A stretch of DNA of 32,000 nt from Pyrodictium abyssi (GTDB lineage: Archaea > Thermoproteota > Thermoprotei_A > Sulfolobales > Pyrodictiaceae): positions 540,001-572,000 of the forward strand of contig NZ_AP028907.1 in assembly GCF_036323395.1 (NCBI RefSeq), given 5' to 3'. Both the position numbers and the translations under genes were made by a program. Positions 8,596-16,945 of the stretch are shown here, piece by piece. Below the pieces are notes generated by a model. The model was not told the origin of the DNA. It saw nothing but the letters and a program-made list of their open reading frames with translations, and made no database searches. Every line of letters starts with the position of its first letter. Positions within the stretch are counted from its first letter, which is position 1.

Positions 8596-9135
8596 GTGAC
8601 ACTGGGGTGTCTGCGCCTTTTGCCCCTGGAGGAGACGGTGCTCTCCACTGTGCTAGCGCAGGTGTCCAGGAGGATTCTGGAGAAGCTAGAGAAGGGCAAG
8701 AAGCTCAGCACAGAGGACATCCTGTTGCTCTACATGGACATGAACTACACCGAGCTAAGGGAGATAAAGGAGGAGCTAAGGGAGCTACGCCGCGAGCTAA
8801 AACAGGAGACAGCACGGCTAGACCAGAGGATAGACGAGACAAACAAGAGGATAGACGAGGTGAATAAACGCCTCGACGAGACCAATAAGCGCATAGACGA
8901 TACCAACAAGAGGATAGACACCATGTACCGGGAGCTAGGCCAGAGGATAGACGACACGAACAAGAGGATAGACACGATGTACCGCGAGCTAAGCCGGAGG
9001 ATAGAGGAGACGCGGGAGCAGCTCAGCCAGCAGATGAGCAAGATGGAGGCAGGGCTAACCGCGAGGATAGACGAGGCAAACAAGAGGATAGACAGGCTAT
9101 ACGAGCTACAAGCGGCAGCGCGAAAAGAGAAGTAG
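8596..9135 (+). CDS. Coiled-coil protein built from RID-x-x-NK heptad repeats, function unknown
   Basis: 179-aa ORF: RLDQ RIDETNK RIDEVNK RLDETNK RIDDTNK RIDTMYRELGQ RIDDTNK RIDTMYRELSR RIEETRE ... RIDEANK RIDRLYEL. Highly charged with no hydrophobic segments. The start is GTG 8596, or alternatively GTG 8638. Confidence 0.7.
   Translation: MTLGCLRLLPLEETVLSTVLAQVSRRILEKLEKGKKLSTEDILLLYMDMNYTELREIKEELRELRRELKQETARLDQRIDETNKRIDEVNKRLDETNKRIDDTNKRIDTMYRELGQRIDDTNKRIDTMYRELSRRIEETREQLSQQMSKMEAGLTARIDEANKRIDRLYELQAAARKEK
8815..9108 (+). repeat. In-frame 21-nt (heptad) repeats, including one 54-nt (18-aa) tandem duplication at about 8890-8994
   Basis: The copies RIDDTNKRIDTMYRELG and RIDDTNKRIDTMYRELS are encoded by cgcatagacgataccaacaagaggatagacaccatgtaccgggagctaggc and aggatagacgacacgaacaagaggatagacacgatgtaccgcgagctaagc. 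Differences are almost all synonymous. Confidence 0.75.
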
Positions 9136-9250
9136 AAGGCGGGCCAACCTCCAGACGCTGGCCGAGAACGGATCTATACACTCCTCTAGCCGTCCAGCCC
9201 CGGAGCAGCCAAGGAGGCCGGCAAAGCCGAGAACCATCCTCCAGGCCCGC

Positions 9251-9589
9251 CTAGCCTACTAGGATGACCCGCGCCTCCACCGTGTCCCTGCCCTGCTCCA
9301 CCTCTATCACCGTGAAGCCCCCGCGGCCGTGGAACGCCTCGACATAGGGCACGCCGCCCACCCGCACAGCCCATGCGCGGCCCCGGCCGTGAAGGTGGCC
9401 ATAGGCCACGGCAGCCACCCGGCCATGGTGGCGCTCCAGGACACTACCCAGCAGCGGCGACCCCGCGTACGCCAGGTCAAAGTCCTCCAAGGGGGTCACC
9501 AATGTAGATAAGCAGCTCCCTCCTCGGAACATGGTGGAGCACAGTGTAGCCGAGCTTTCTGCCGTAGGCTGTGAGTCAGAGAAGGTCAC
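9251..9589 (-). pseudogene. Remnant (C-terminal part) of a metallophosphoesterase
   Basis: ..GSPLLGSVLERHHGRVAAVAYGHLHGRGRAW..GGVPYVEAFHGRGGFTVIEVE contains the GH-x-H motif and C-terminal strand pattern of calcineurin-like phosphoesterases. The N-terminal metal-binding motifs are missing. A second frame gives ..RRELLIYIGDP abutting a G5/C5 run at 9491-9495, which suggests a frameshift plus a 5' truncation. Confidence 0.4.
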
Positions 9590-9801
9590 GGAGTGGCTCG
9601 ATGGACGCCAGGCTGCTGGTTCTGCTGCTTTGGCGGTGGCTTCTGGTACTGTTTGGCATGGCTTCCCCTCATACGTGTCTCTATGGCTGTTTATTTGCTG
9701 TGTACCAGGCCCCTGTGTGAGAGCCCCCCGGCCAGTGTAGCGAGTTGTTGTGTGGCTGGGGCTCGGCGGGAGATACGCGGGCTAGGGGTCTGGAGTAGCA
9801 T

Positions 9802-11304
9802 ATGTACTACAGTAGTATGTTGTCTAGCATAGCTGCGCCGGCCGGAACCGTGGTGATGGGGTCGGTGAGTGGGCCAAGGCTGCTTCGCTTTATCCTGGTT
9901 GTCTACGTCCTGTCGGTGGTCTTGGCGGCTGCTGTCGCCCGGGCTGGAGAGGATGAGGCTGTTGTGTCGGTTTATCCTGGCAGTGGGTGGCCTATACGTG
10001 GTATCGACGCCGACGGTGATGGTGTGGATGATCCGGTCATGAAGATCTGTTTCTGGAATATAAATGACACGGATGGCTATGCCAGGGGTGACGTACTACC
10101 TGGGCATTGGCAGTATACACTATGTCCAGAGCCTGGCAGACATAAGGCTCAGGGATCCCCCTATGTACGTGCATGGCTACCCGGAGGTGTTTTGTCGGGC
10201 ATAAGCCGTGGATGGATGAATACTCTGCCCCCTGGCGGCGTGGTGAGGCTGCCAGCGAGGTGGTGGTGAACTATAGCCTGGCCTGGTACGCGCCGGGGCT
10301 GCCCGTAAACTTTGCGGTGGACTCGTGGCTGACCCGCGAAGAGTGGGCAAGGGGCGTGGAGGACGGCCTAGAAATCATGGTGTGGCTCTACAATGATAGC
10401 CTAACCCCTGGCGGCAGGCATGTAGCCGCTATAACGGTTACAGCGATAGTGGATAATACCTGCCGGGAACTGGTCTTCGACATCTACCGTGATAGGCGGG
10501 GCTGGGATAAGTGGAGCTGGGACTTCGTGGCCTTTGTGGCCCGGGAGCCTATCCGCGCGGGGATGGTGGCTATACCCTTTGGCGTCTTCGTCAAAGAGGC
10601 GCTGGAGGCAGCTAACCGGGATCCGACGGGCCTATACCTCGAGGACGTGGAGGTGGGGTGGAGTTCGGAAGCCCCGTGGTCAGGGAGGCGCAGCTCGAGT
10701 GGTGGGTCTACGAGTTCGGGCTGGAGCCGGTGGACAGGCCGATGCTGGCTGAGAGTAGCGGGGCTGTGCCCTAGCGCTGCTGTTGAGTACTGTGACGAGA
10801 ACCGTAACCAGGACGGTGACAGAGACGGCGACAGCCACGGTAGTAGAGACCGTAACAACGTCGCTCAGGGAGACAGAGACAGTAACGGTTCCAGTCATAG
10901 AGACTACTACTGTGACCGTAACGAACACCGTCACCTCTGTGTCAACTACGACCTCCACGGTAACGGCTACAGAGACCGTGTACGTAACTGTCAGAGAGAA
11001 AGAGGTACACACAAGCACGGTGACAGCCAAATCCGGAGTGACCGTTACCCGTGAGACCCGGCCTGGAGAGACTAAGACAGTCTTCTCGCCTATTACAGCT
11101 ACAGTGGAGGAGACCCACACGGTAGTAATGCCCGCCGAGAAGACGGCAACCGTTGCCTCGACAACCACCTCTACAGTTACAACCACGGTAACCCGGACTG
11201 TAACAGGCACAGTCGCTGCCGTGGTCTCACCGGGCACTGTCGCAGTAGCAGTGCTCGTCCTCGCTGCTGGCGCTGCAGCTGTCCTAATAGCCCGCAGGGT
11301 GTAG
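9802..11304 (+). pseudogene. GH12 endo-beta-1,4-glucanase (EglA-like) with signal peptide, Thr/Val-rich stalk and C-terminal TM anchor, broken by at least four frameshifts
   Basis: Pieces in four frames reassemble as follows. Signal peptide: MGSVSGPRLLRFILVVYVLSVVLAAAVARA. Then ..GWPIRGIDADGDGVDDPVMKICFWNINDTDGYA | GVTYYLGIGSIHYVQSLADIRLRDPPMYVHGYPEVF | (V/C)GHKPWMDEY...NYSLAWYAPGLPVNFAVDSWLTREEW...LEIMVWLYNDSLTPGG...GLYLEDVEVGW | EFGSPVVREAQLEWWVYEFGLEPVDRPML. It ends with | a TVT-repeat stalk and AVAVLVLAAGAAAVLIARRV. The E-I-M-V-W nucleophile and E-F-G acid/base motifs and overall collinearity with Pyrococcus furiosus EglA are from memory. Shifts lie at the G4 run 10085-10088, the T4 run 10190-10193, about 10656-10663 and about 10759-10774. 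Confidence 0.8.
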
Positions 11305-11535
11305 CGGGATAGAACGTGGATGAATCTATGCTATATCGGTCCTACCAGGCTTAAGGTAGGCGCGCGGATAACGTAGAGTTTCAATATCATGGCTATGTCA
11401 TGGCTTTCTGTAGGCTACGCTACTAGCACGAGAAGCCCTGCCTGGCCCTCCCCGCCTCGGCGGCGTGTAGAATCTTGCGTGGAGCACGGGGTGGCGGGGC
11501 TGTTTTGCCCAGGGGGTACCTGGCCCGGGCTGCTT

Positions 11536-12111
11536 CTAGCGGCTGGTGGCTAGTCTCTCCTGGAGCCTCTGGAGCGCCTCCTCGTGGTCCCGGGTCCACC
11601 TGCTTGCCTCCTGTAGCCGGGGCTTCACCCGCTCCTCGGTAACCCTGGCTAGCTCTGCTAGCAGTACTAGTATATCGTACACCGCCTCCCCGCGGCCCCG
11701 GTACTTGCTGAGCTCCAGGTCCGGATCCGGGCCATGATACTGGTAGTCGTGGAGGCTCAGCGCCTTATCGGTTAGCGAGCTATAGTAGGGGATCCCTGCT
11801 CTCTCCAGGAGCTGGCTCAGCGGCTTAAGCCTCGACGAAGGCACCCGGGGTATCGCCTTCTCGAGCCATCTCCTCTGCTCCTCGCTCCTTAGGCTCTCCA
11901 CTAGCTTGTCCCTCTCCAGGGCCAGCAGCGCTCCGGTTAGCGCCCTCCAGGCCTGGAAGGCTTTGCCGGCTGCGTTCCTGGTGTAGCCCCGCTTGAGGAA
12001 CTCCAGGGCCAGTATACCCTCTAGCAGGGCCTCCAGGACACGGGCAGAAGCGTAGCCCACGAGGTCGCGGCGGGGCTTGGGTAGGGGCTGTTCCAGCTGT
12101 TCTGTTAGCAT
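11536..12111 (-). CDS. PaREP1-family protein
   Basis: 191 aa. LVGYASARVLEALLEGILALEFLKRGYTRNAAGKAFQAWRALTGALLALERD...LSLHDYQYHGPDP matches the archaeal PaREP1/PaREP8 family pattern. It is a clear paralog of 29413..30003. Confidence 0.8.
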   Translation of the reverse strand: MLTEQLEQPLPKPRRDLVGYASARVLEALLEGILALEFLKRGYTRNAAGKAFQAWRALTGALLALERDKLVESLRSEEQRRWLEKAIPRVPSSRLKPLSQLLERAGIPYYSSLTDKALSLHDYQYHGPDPDLELSKYRGRGEAVYDILVLLAELARVTEERVKPRLQEASRWTRDHEEALQRLQERLATSR

Positions 12112-12584
12112 TGCTGCACTGGCCCCTCAGAGCGGGAGGCTCCTCGGGGCCTTTAAGCCCTCGGGTCGGGGCGCTGGGTGTTGCGCCGGGGCTGTATGGC
12201 GGGGTTTTGCGGCTGGCACGGAGGCTCACTGGGAGGCTCTCCCGGAGGACGGTTTCTCCCGCGGTGTTGTAGAGGGGTTTGATACTGCATGCATACTTGT
12301 CTCGGGTGTTGTGTGGGTGGGGCTGTGTGGCTGGTGGGGCTCTGCTGGAGTGCTCGGCGCCTGGTGTGCCCGCGCTGCGGCTTCAGGGGGTAGACAGGGG
12401 GCGCCGTAGGAGCAGCGTGTACCCGGCTTTAGAGCGGCCCGGGGGGCCTAGCTCCGCGCTGGGGTTGCAGAGAGCACTCGCCCGATGACTGGTGGGGCTC
12501 GGGAGGCGGGCCTTGGATAGATGAACGTGGGGCCGCATACACAGTAATGTATAGCGGCGAGTCTCCCGGGTGCGGGGCTGCGGC

Positions 12585-13349
12585 TTAGTAGCTGTAGACT
12601 TTTACGCCTTTCTGGAGGGCGTAGTCCTCGAGCTCGGTGCCTATTATGGCTCCGGCGAGTATTGGCACTACCCTCTTGCCGGGATGGTGCCTCGCGGCTA
12701 GCTCGGCCTTCGCCAGGAGCGCCGCTACGTCGCTGTGCCGTGGCTTCACCTTGACCTCGACGACGTAGACAGTCCGGTCGGTGACTAGTAGTAGGTCTAT
12801 GTCCTCTCCGTCTAGCCTAGCGTTGCGGTGGCGCTGTAGCAGCCTCTCCCCGCGGCCCACTATCTCCTCGCGCAGCTCATCCCAGACGAAGCGTGAGTAG
12901 CTGCTCTCGGTGAGCGCCCCTAGTGTCGGCTCTAGGCTGCTCAGCCTCCGGTTCATCTCCCTCAGCTCCCTCTCTATGCCTTCTATCCTCTCCCATATCC
13001 TCCTTATCTCCTCGAGTATCGCCCGGAACTTCTCGTCGTGCTCAAGGAGCTTCCTCTCAATGGCTTCAAACCTCTTATCGTGTTCTAGTAGCTTCCTCTC
13101 TAGGGCCTCGAAGCGCTTATCGTGCTCCAACAGCTTCTTCTCCAGGGCCTCAAAGCGCTTGTCGTGTTCCAGCAGCTTCCTCTCGATAGCCTCGAAGCGC
13201 TTATCGTGCTCCAGGCTCTTGCGCCGCAGCCACCGGAGCTCCTCCAGCACCTCCCTGAGGCCGATAAGCCCGGCCACAGCCAGCCGGAACTCCTTATCCT
13301 CCTCCAGCGCCCGGAGGAAGCGCTGCTTCTCCTCCGCGCTGAGAGACAC
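12585..13349 (-). CDS. Tandem-repeat coiled-coil protein fused to a PD-(D/E)xK nuclease-like C-terminal domain (DUF3782-like architecture)
   Basis: 254 aa. The N-terminal half has about 4.5 copies of LEHDKRFEA(I/L)E(R/K)KL. The C-terminal part GEDIDLLLVTDRTVYVVEVKVKPRHSDVAALLAKAELAARHH...VVPILAGAII has the D...(D/E)-x-K (EVK) restriction-endonuclease-fold signature. GTG start at 13349, 6 nt after the upstream stop. Confidence 0.75.
   Translation of the reverse strand: MSLSAEEKQRFLRALEEDKEFRLAVAGLIGLREVLEELRWLRRKSLEHDKRFEAIERKLLEHDKRFEALEKKLLEHDKRFEALERKLLEHDKRFEAIERKLLEHDEKFRAILEEIRRIWERIEGIERELREMNRRLSSLEPTLGALTESSYSRFVWDELREEIVGRGERLLQRHRNARLDGEDIDLLLVTDRTVYVVEVKVKPRHSDVAALLAKAELAARHHPGKRVVPILAGAIIGTELEDYALQKGVKVYSY
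13023..13214 (-). repeat. About 4.5 tandem copies of a 42-nt in-frame repeat (14-aa unit)
   Basis: Periodic cttatcgtg(c/t)tc.a..agctt.(c/t)t(c/t)tc.a.(g/a)gc(c/t)tc(g/a)aa(g/c)c(g/t) units are visible on the + strand. Copies differ mainly at synonymous positions. Confidence 0.8.
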
Positions 13350-13355
13350 CGCTCT

Positions 13356-14683
13356 CTACCCGAGACGAACCCATAGAGCTGTCTCTTCGCGATAAGAGTT
13401 CATCTCCTGGGGAGCTGTACCGGCCCGGTAGAGGGTGCTATTTCCCTCTACGGTGCTGGTGCAGTCTCTGCATGATATTCCCTCGAGCGCTACGGCTGCC
13501 TCGCTGCCCCTCGTTTCTATCTTTACGGCCGTCTTCATGGCCTTTGCTGCTACGCTGCGGACCCGGATGTGCTGGATGATTGCCGGCTTGTGCTTGGCGT
13601 CGTTACGTATGTGTACTGCGGGGTACGTGTGGGGCCTCTGGGGTTTCTCCACCAGCACGTTCTCTATGGCTACGGCTTCTAGGCGGCCTAGCGGGCTCTC
13701 GGCTATGTGGGCGAACACAGCGCCCCATGCGCGTGGCTCCTGGACACTGATGTTCCTCGCTACCGTGTTCTGGGCGCCGACTAGGCTTACAGCGTAGTCG
13801 TGCTGGAGGCGCGTAGCTATGTTCTCGACTACTGTGTTGCGGCAGCTCTCTAGCAGTACTAGCGGCCCGTCGCTAGCCTTCTCCGCGTAGACGTTCCTGA
13901 TGACCGTGTTCACGCAGCCACGTATCCCGGTCCGGTGGCGCATCCTGTAGAGCTCCCGGTGGCCGCGGCTGCTGAGCCGTAGCTCCACGTCCTCTACAGC
14001 CACGTTGTAGACGCTATCTAGGGCGGCTTCTGGCCTCCGGCCGTAGTGGCGCCGTATCTCGGGGAGCACGGTGGAGGCGTCTAGCCCCCTTACGCGGCGC
14101 ACGGCCACGCCCACTAGGGGCCGCGGCCTTCCATCGCGCTGTGTGCTCTCGCAGCGCTCGGCTGGGCACAGGGTGATAGCCAGGGTCCACCGTAGTAACC
14201 AGTGAGCACTAGGTCCTCCACGGTGATGCCTCTGCCGCCGTCGAGGTTGAGAAGCCTCACCGCGAACGGCTCCTCGCGGTTAGCCTTTACATCGCTCTCC
14301 CCGCCTCCTTGAGGCGGCTCTAGCTCGTAGCGGTTGCCCACGAGAACCAGCCTCCGGACAGCGAAGTCCTCGATACTCCCGCGGCCCCGGTAGTCCTTCT
14401 GGAAGAGGCTCCTGAGGCCCTTCTTCAGCCTCATCCGCGCCCAGGAGAAGTCCACGGTGACGCCGCTCCGGGGCTCAACAGCCTCCGTGGCAACGTACTC
14501 GCCCAGCTCAACCGTCACAACGCTCCTCCTAGGGGCTGCATAGTCAACGGCGTACTGGAGCGCCTCGCTGAATACGGGGGAGTCGTAGAGGACGCGAGAC
14601 CCCTCAACCACGGTGTACAGGCCGCGGAGCAGGCCGACGACTATGCGGGACAGAGCCCAGGCACCCCCTACCTGCCGGAGCAT
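13356..14683 (-). pseudogene. Right-handed parallel beta-helix (pectin-lyase-fold) repeat protein split by a frameshift
   Basis: ORFs 14114..14683 and 13356..14114 abut in different frames. The downstream part shows beta-helix rungs (GCVNTVIRNVYA / CRNTVVENIATR / AQNTVARNISVQ / AIENVLVEK). The downstream frame is open upstream to about 14190. One extra base in the G3 run at 14183-14185 would join ..VLTGYYGGP to LAITLCPAERCESTQRDGRPRPLVGVAVRRV. Confidence 0.55.
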
Positions 14684-14864
14684 GCCCAGGGAGCGATAGC
14701 GGTGCCGACGCCCTAGGAGCCAGCGCAGCCAAGACGTGTAACGGGAGACTTGTGGGAGAAAGAGGAGGGGACCAGTATAGGGGGTGGCCTGGGCTGTAGC
14801 CGGAGAGCCGCTATCTTGCCCAGCGTGGTCCTCCCCGGCGTGGTGGCGCTGTCGTTGTGTCGTC

Positions 14865-16736
14865 TCATGTGCTGTCGCCAGTGCCGCTGCTGGTGTCGTC
14901 GTCTGTGGTGCTCTGGGCTGGGTATATCGTTATCTTGACGCTGGTGTCGAGGTGCTTGGCCACCACGGTTACGGCTATGTAGCCGTCGCCTATGCTACTC
15001 CACGTGTAGCTCTCGACTACTGCGCCTGCTGCGTCTACGCCTCCTACCCCGGTGTAGGGTAGTACGACCGTGTAGCCGACCACTGCGCCGACCGGCCCAG
15101 TAGCGTAGATGGTCGTGTTGCTATCGCTGATGGCTATGGCCTCTACTACGCCGGTGTAGGCGGCGAGCGGGTCTACGGGCTGGTAGAAGAGCGGCTGCCC
15201 TATGTACACGATGGGCCCGGCTACGGCGTCGTCAGCCCAGCCGTGGACCGTCGCCACCACTATCCTGGAGACGCCCGGCTCCAAGCCCACGCCCTGTATC
15301 AGCAGCTCGGCCGCGTAGCCCCCGTCGGGCGTCTGGACAACGGCGGCCGGGGCCTCGGCCTCGGGCGCCCAGCTCCAGTCGGTGCCGGAGCCCGTGTAGC
15401 TGTAGAGCCACGCTGTGCCGTCGGTGTAGACCTCGACGAGGTAGTCGGCGCCGACGCCGTAGACGCTATACCCGGTCTCGGCGGAGCCGTCAGAGTCTAT
15501 GTAGACGTGTAGCAGGCCCCCGCTCGAGGCCTCTACCGCGTCCCACTCGGCGTAGACGCCTAGGCCACCGCCCCCGGCCGGGACCATGCCCAGGCACTCT
15601 AGCGTGGTCGCGGAGCCGTAGACGGGCCCGCCGAGGATGTTCCAGTACTCGCCGCCATAGCCGTCCACGGTGACCTCGGGCTCGTAGGCCAGGGCCTCGT
15701 CCACAGCCGCGGAGCCGTAGTCAACGTAGACTGTGCTGGCGGCGAACGCTCTCCAGGCGGTCTGGGTCTCCTCGTCTATCACTGGGCTGCTGACGGGTGG
15801 CCCGTACTCGCGCGCCTCCACTATGTCGGCCGGCACCGGGCCGCCCCCGGCGTAGTAGTAGATGTCGGCGTAGCCCCAGCCGCCCAGCCCCATTATCCTG
15901 GCCAGCGCGTAGGCCATGCGGGCCCACTCGAGGGTCTCAGGCCGCTCTGGGTCGGCAAAGGTCACCGCGAGGGTGCGGTCTAGGAGCCCGTGCTCCGCTA
16001 GGTAGAGGTAGCGGGAGAGCCCGTTAACCCACTCCAGCGGGCTAGTGTAGCTTGTCTGCCTGAGGAAGCCGGGTATGAGGTAGTAGCCGCCGGCGGAGGG
16101 GTCGTAGCCCACCACGTAGTCCTCCCAGAGGTAGTAGTCGCCATAGGCAGCGTAGCCCATGACACCGTTTATGAATACCTTTAGGCCCCGGGAGTGGGCG
16201 TACCCAGCTATCTCGCCTATGCCCCGGGTGAAGTACTCGACGTAGACGCTGTCGAGGCTGCTGGTGAAGTATGCGGGGTCGCACTCGTCCAGGAAGACGC
16301 CGTCAACCACCCCCACGTAGCGGTCCACGAGGCCCTCGATGTAGGAGAGCCAGTAGAGGTAGCGCTCCTCCAGCGTCCCGGTAGTGTTCTCCGCCACCAT
16401 CTCGCGGAAGCTAGAGCCGAGCCCCACCGGCCGGTCGCCGGGCATGTGGAGGTACGCGTAGACCTCGACGCCCCTGCTGCGCAGCAGCTGCACGACATCG
16501 TAGTCGCCGCCGCCCGGCAGTATCCGGGAGGTCCCAGCCACCACCAGCACGTCCACGTCTATGTCCGGCAGGTTGCTGGTACTCAGCCACCCATAGTATA
16601 TCACCAGCCGCTTAAACCCGGAGGACCCTGGCGAGTAGACACCCATGTAGGCGCCCGCAGCCGGCGCCCACGCCAGCGCCAGCAGCAGAGCCGCGCAAGC
16701 CAGAACCAGGACCATACGCTTACAGCAGAACACCAT
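14865..16736 (-). CDS. Large secreted protein: N-terminal TIM-barrel glycoside-hydrolase-like domain (spherulin-4/GH135- or GH114-like) plus C-terminal beta-rich domains and a Ser/Thr/Asp tail
   Basis: 623-aa ORF with signal peptide MVLVLACAALLLALAWAPAAGA. LVIYYGWL...DVDVLVV...GVEVYAYLH...VGVVDGVFLDECD resembles the (D)G(I/V)F(L/F)DE motif region of those families. The functional call is tentative; the ORF itself is strong. Confidence 0.6.
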   Translation of the reverse strand: MVFCCKRMVLVLACAALLLALAWAPAAGAYMGVYSPGSSGFKRLVIYYGWLSTSNLPDIDVDVLVVAGTSRILPGGGDYDVVQLLRSRGVEVYAYLHMPGDRPVGLGSSFREMVAENTTGTLEERYLYWLSYIEGLVDRYVGVVDGVFLDECDPAYFTSSLDSVYVEYFTRGIGEIAGYAHSRGLKVFINGVMGYAAYGDYYLWEDYVVGYDPSAGGYYLIPGFLRQTSYTSPLEWVNGLSRYLYLAEHGLLDRTLAVTFADPERPETLEWARMAYALARIMGLGGWGYADIYYYAGGGPVPADIVEAREYGPPVSSPVIDEETQTAWRAFAASTVYVDYGSAAVDEALAYEPEVTVDGYGGEYWNILGGPVYGSATTLECLGMVPAGGGGLGVYAEWDAVEASSGGLLHVYIDSDGSAETGYSVYGVGADYLVEVYTDGTAWLYSYTGSGTDWSWAPEAEAPAAVVQTPDGGYAAELLIQGVGLEPGVSRIVVATVHGWADDAVAGPIVYIGQPLFYQPVDPLAAYTGVVEAIAISDSNTTIYATGPVGAVVGYTVVLPYTGVGGVDAAGAVVESYTWSSIGDGYIAVTVVAKHLDTSVKITIYPAQSTTDDDTSSGTGDST

Positions 16737-16945
16737 CTATCACCCAGAAGTGTAGGCACCCAGCCCAGCCCACAATAAACCCTACTAAATACGAAATACG
16801 AAGAACTAGACAAAACAAACAAAGAGGCTACACAACATCCACATGCTCTTTCGTACATCGGTGCATGGAGCTAAAGGGCCACAGCAAGACGGCCCAAGCT
16901 CCCTACACCAACTCTGCTCATTCCCGGGCCTCCTATTCATTATTC

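Noticed and set aside
10173-11237. Continuation of frame 0 through the stalk region (to 11054, giving RDGDSHGSRDRNN...) and the antisense ORF 10680..11237
   Set aside because: Both are by-products of the periodic ACN-GTN composition of the Thr/Val-rich stalk. The GH12 homology leaves frame 0 at about 10660, and only frame 1 gives the stalk plus TM anchor.
12077-12488. ORFs 12077..12409 and 12279..12488 in the long gap upstream of PaREP1
   Set aside because: Their products are Gly/Trp/Cys/Ala-rich and arise from G+T-skewed sequence. They have no start context and no motifs, so the region is treated as non-coding (see the motif finding).
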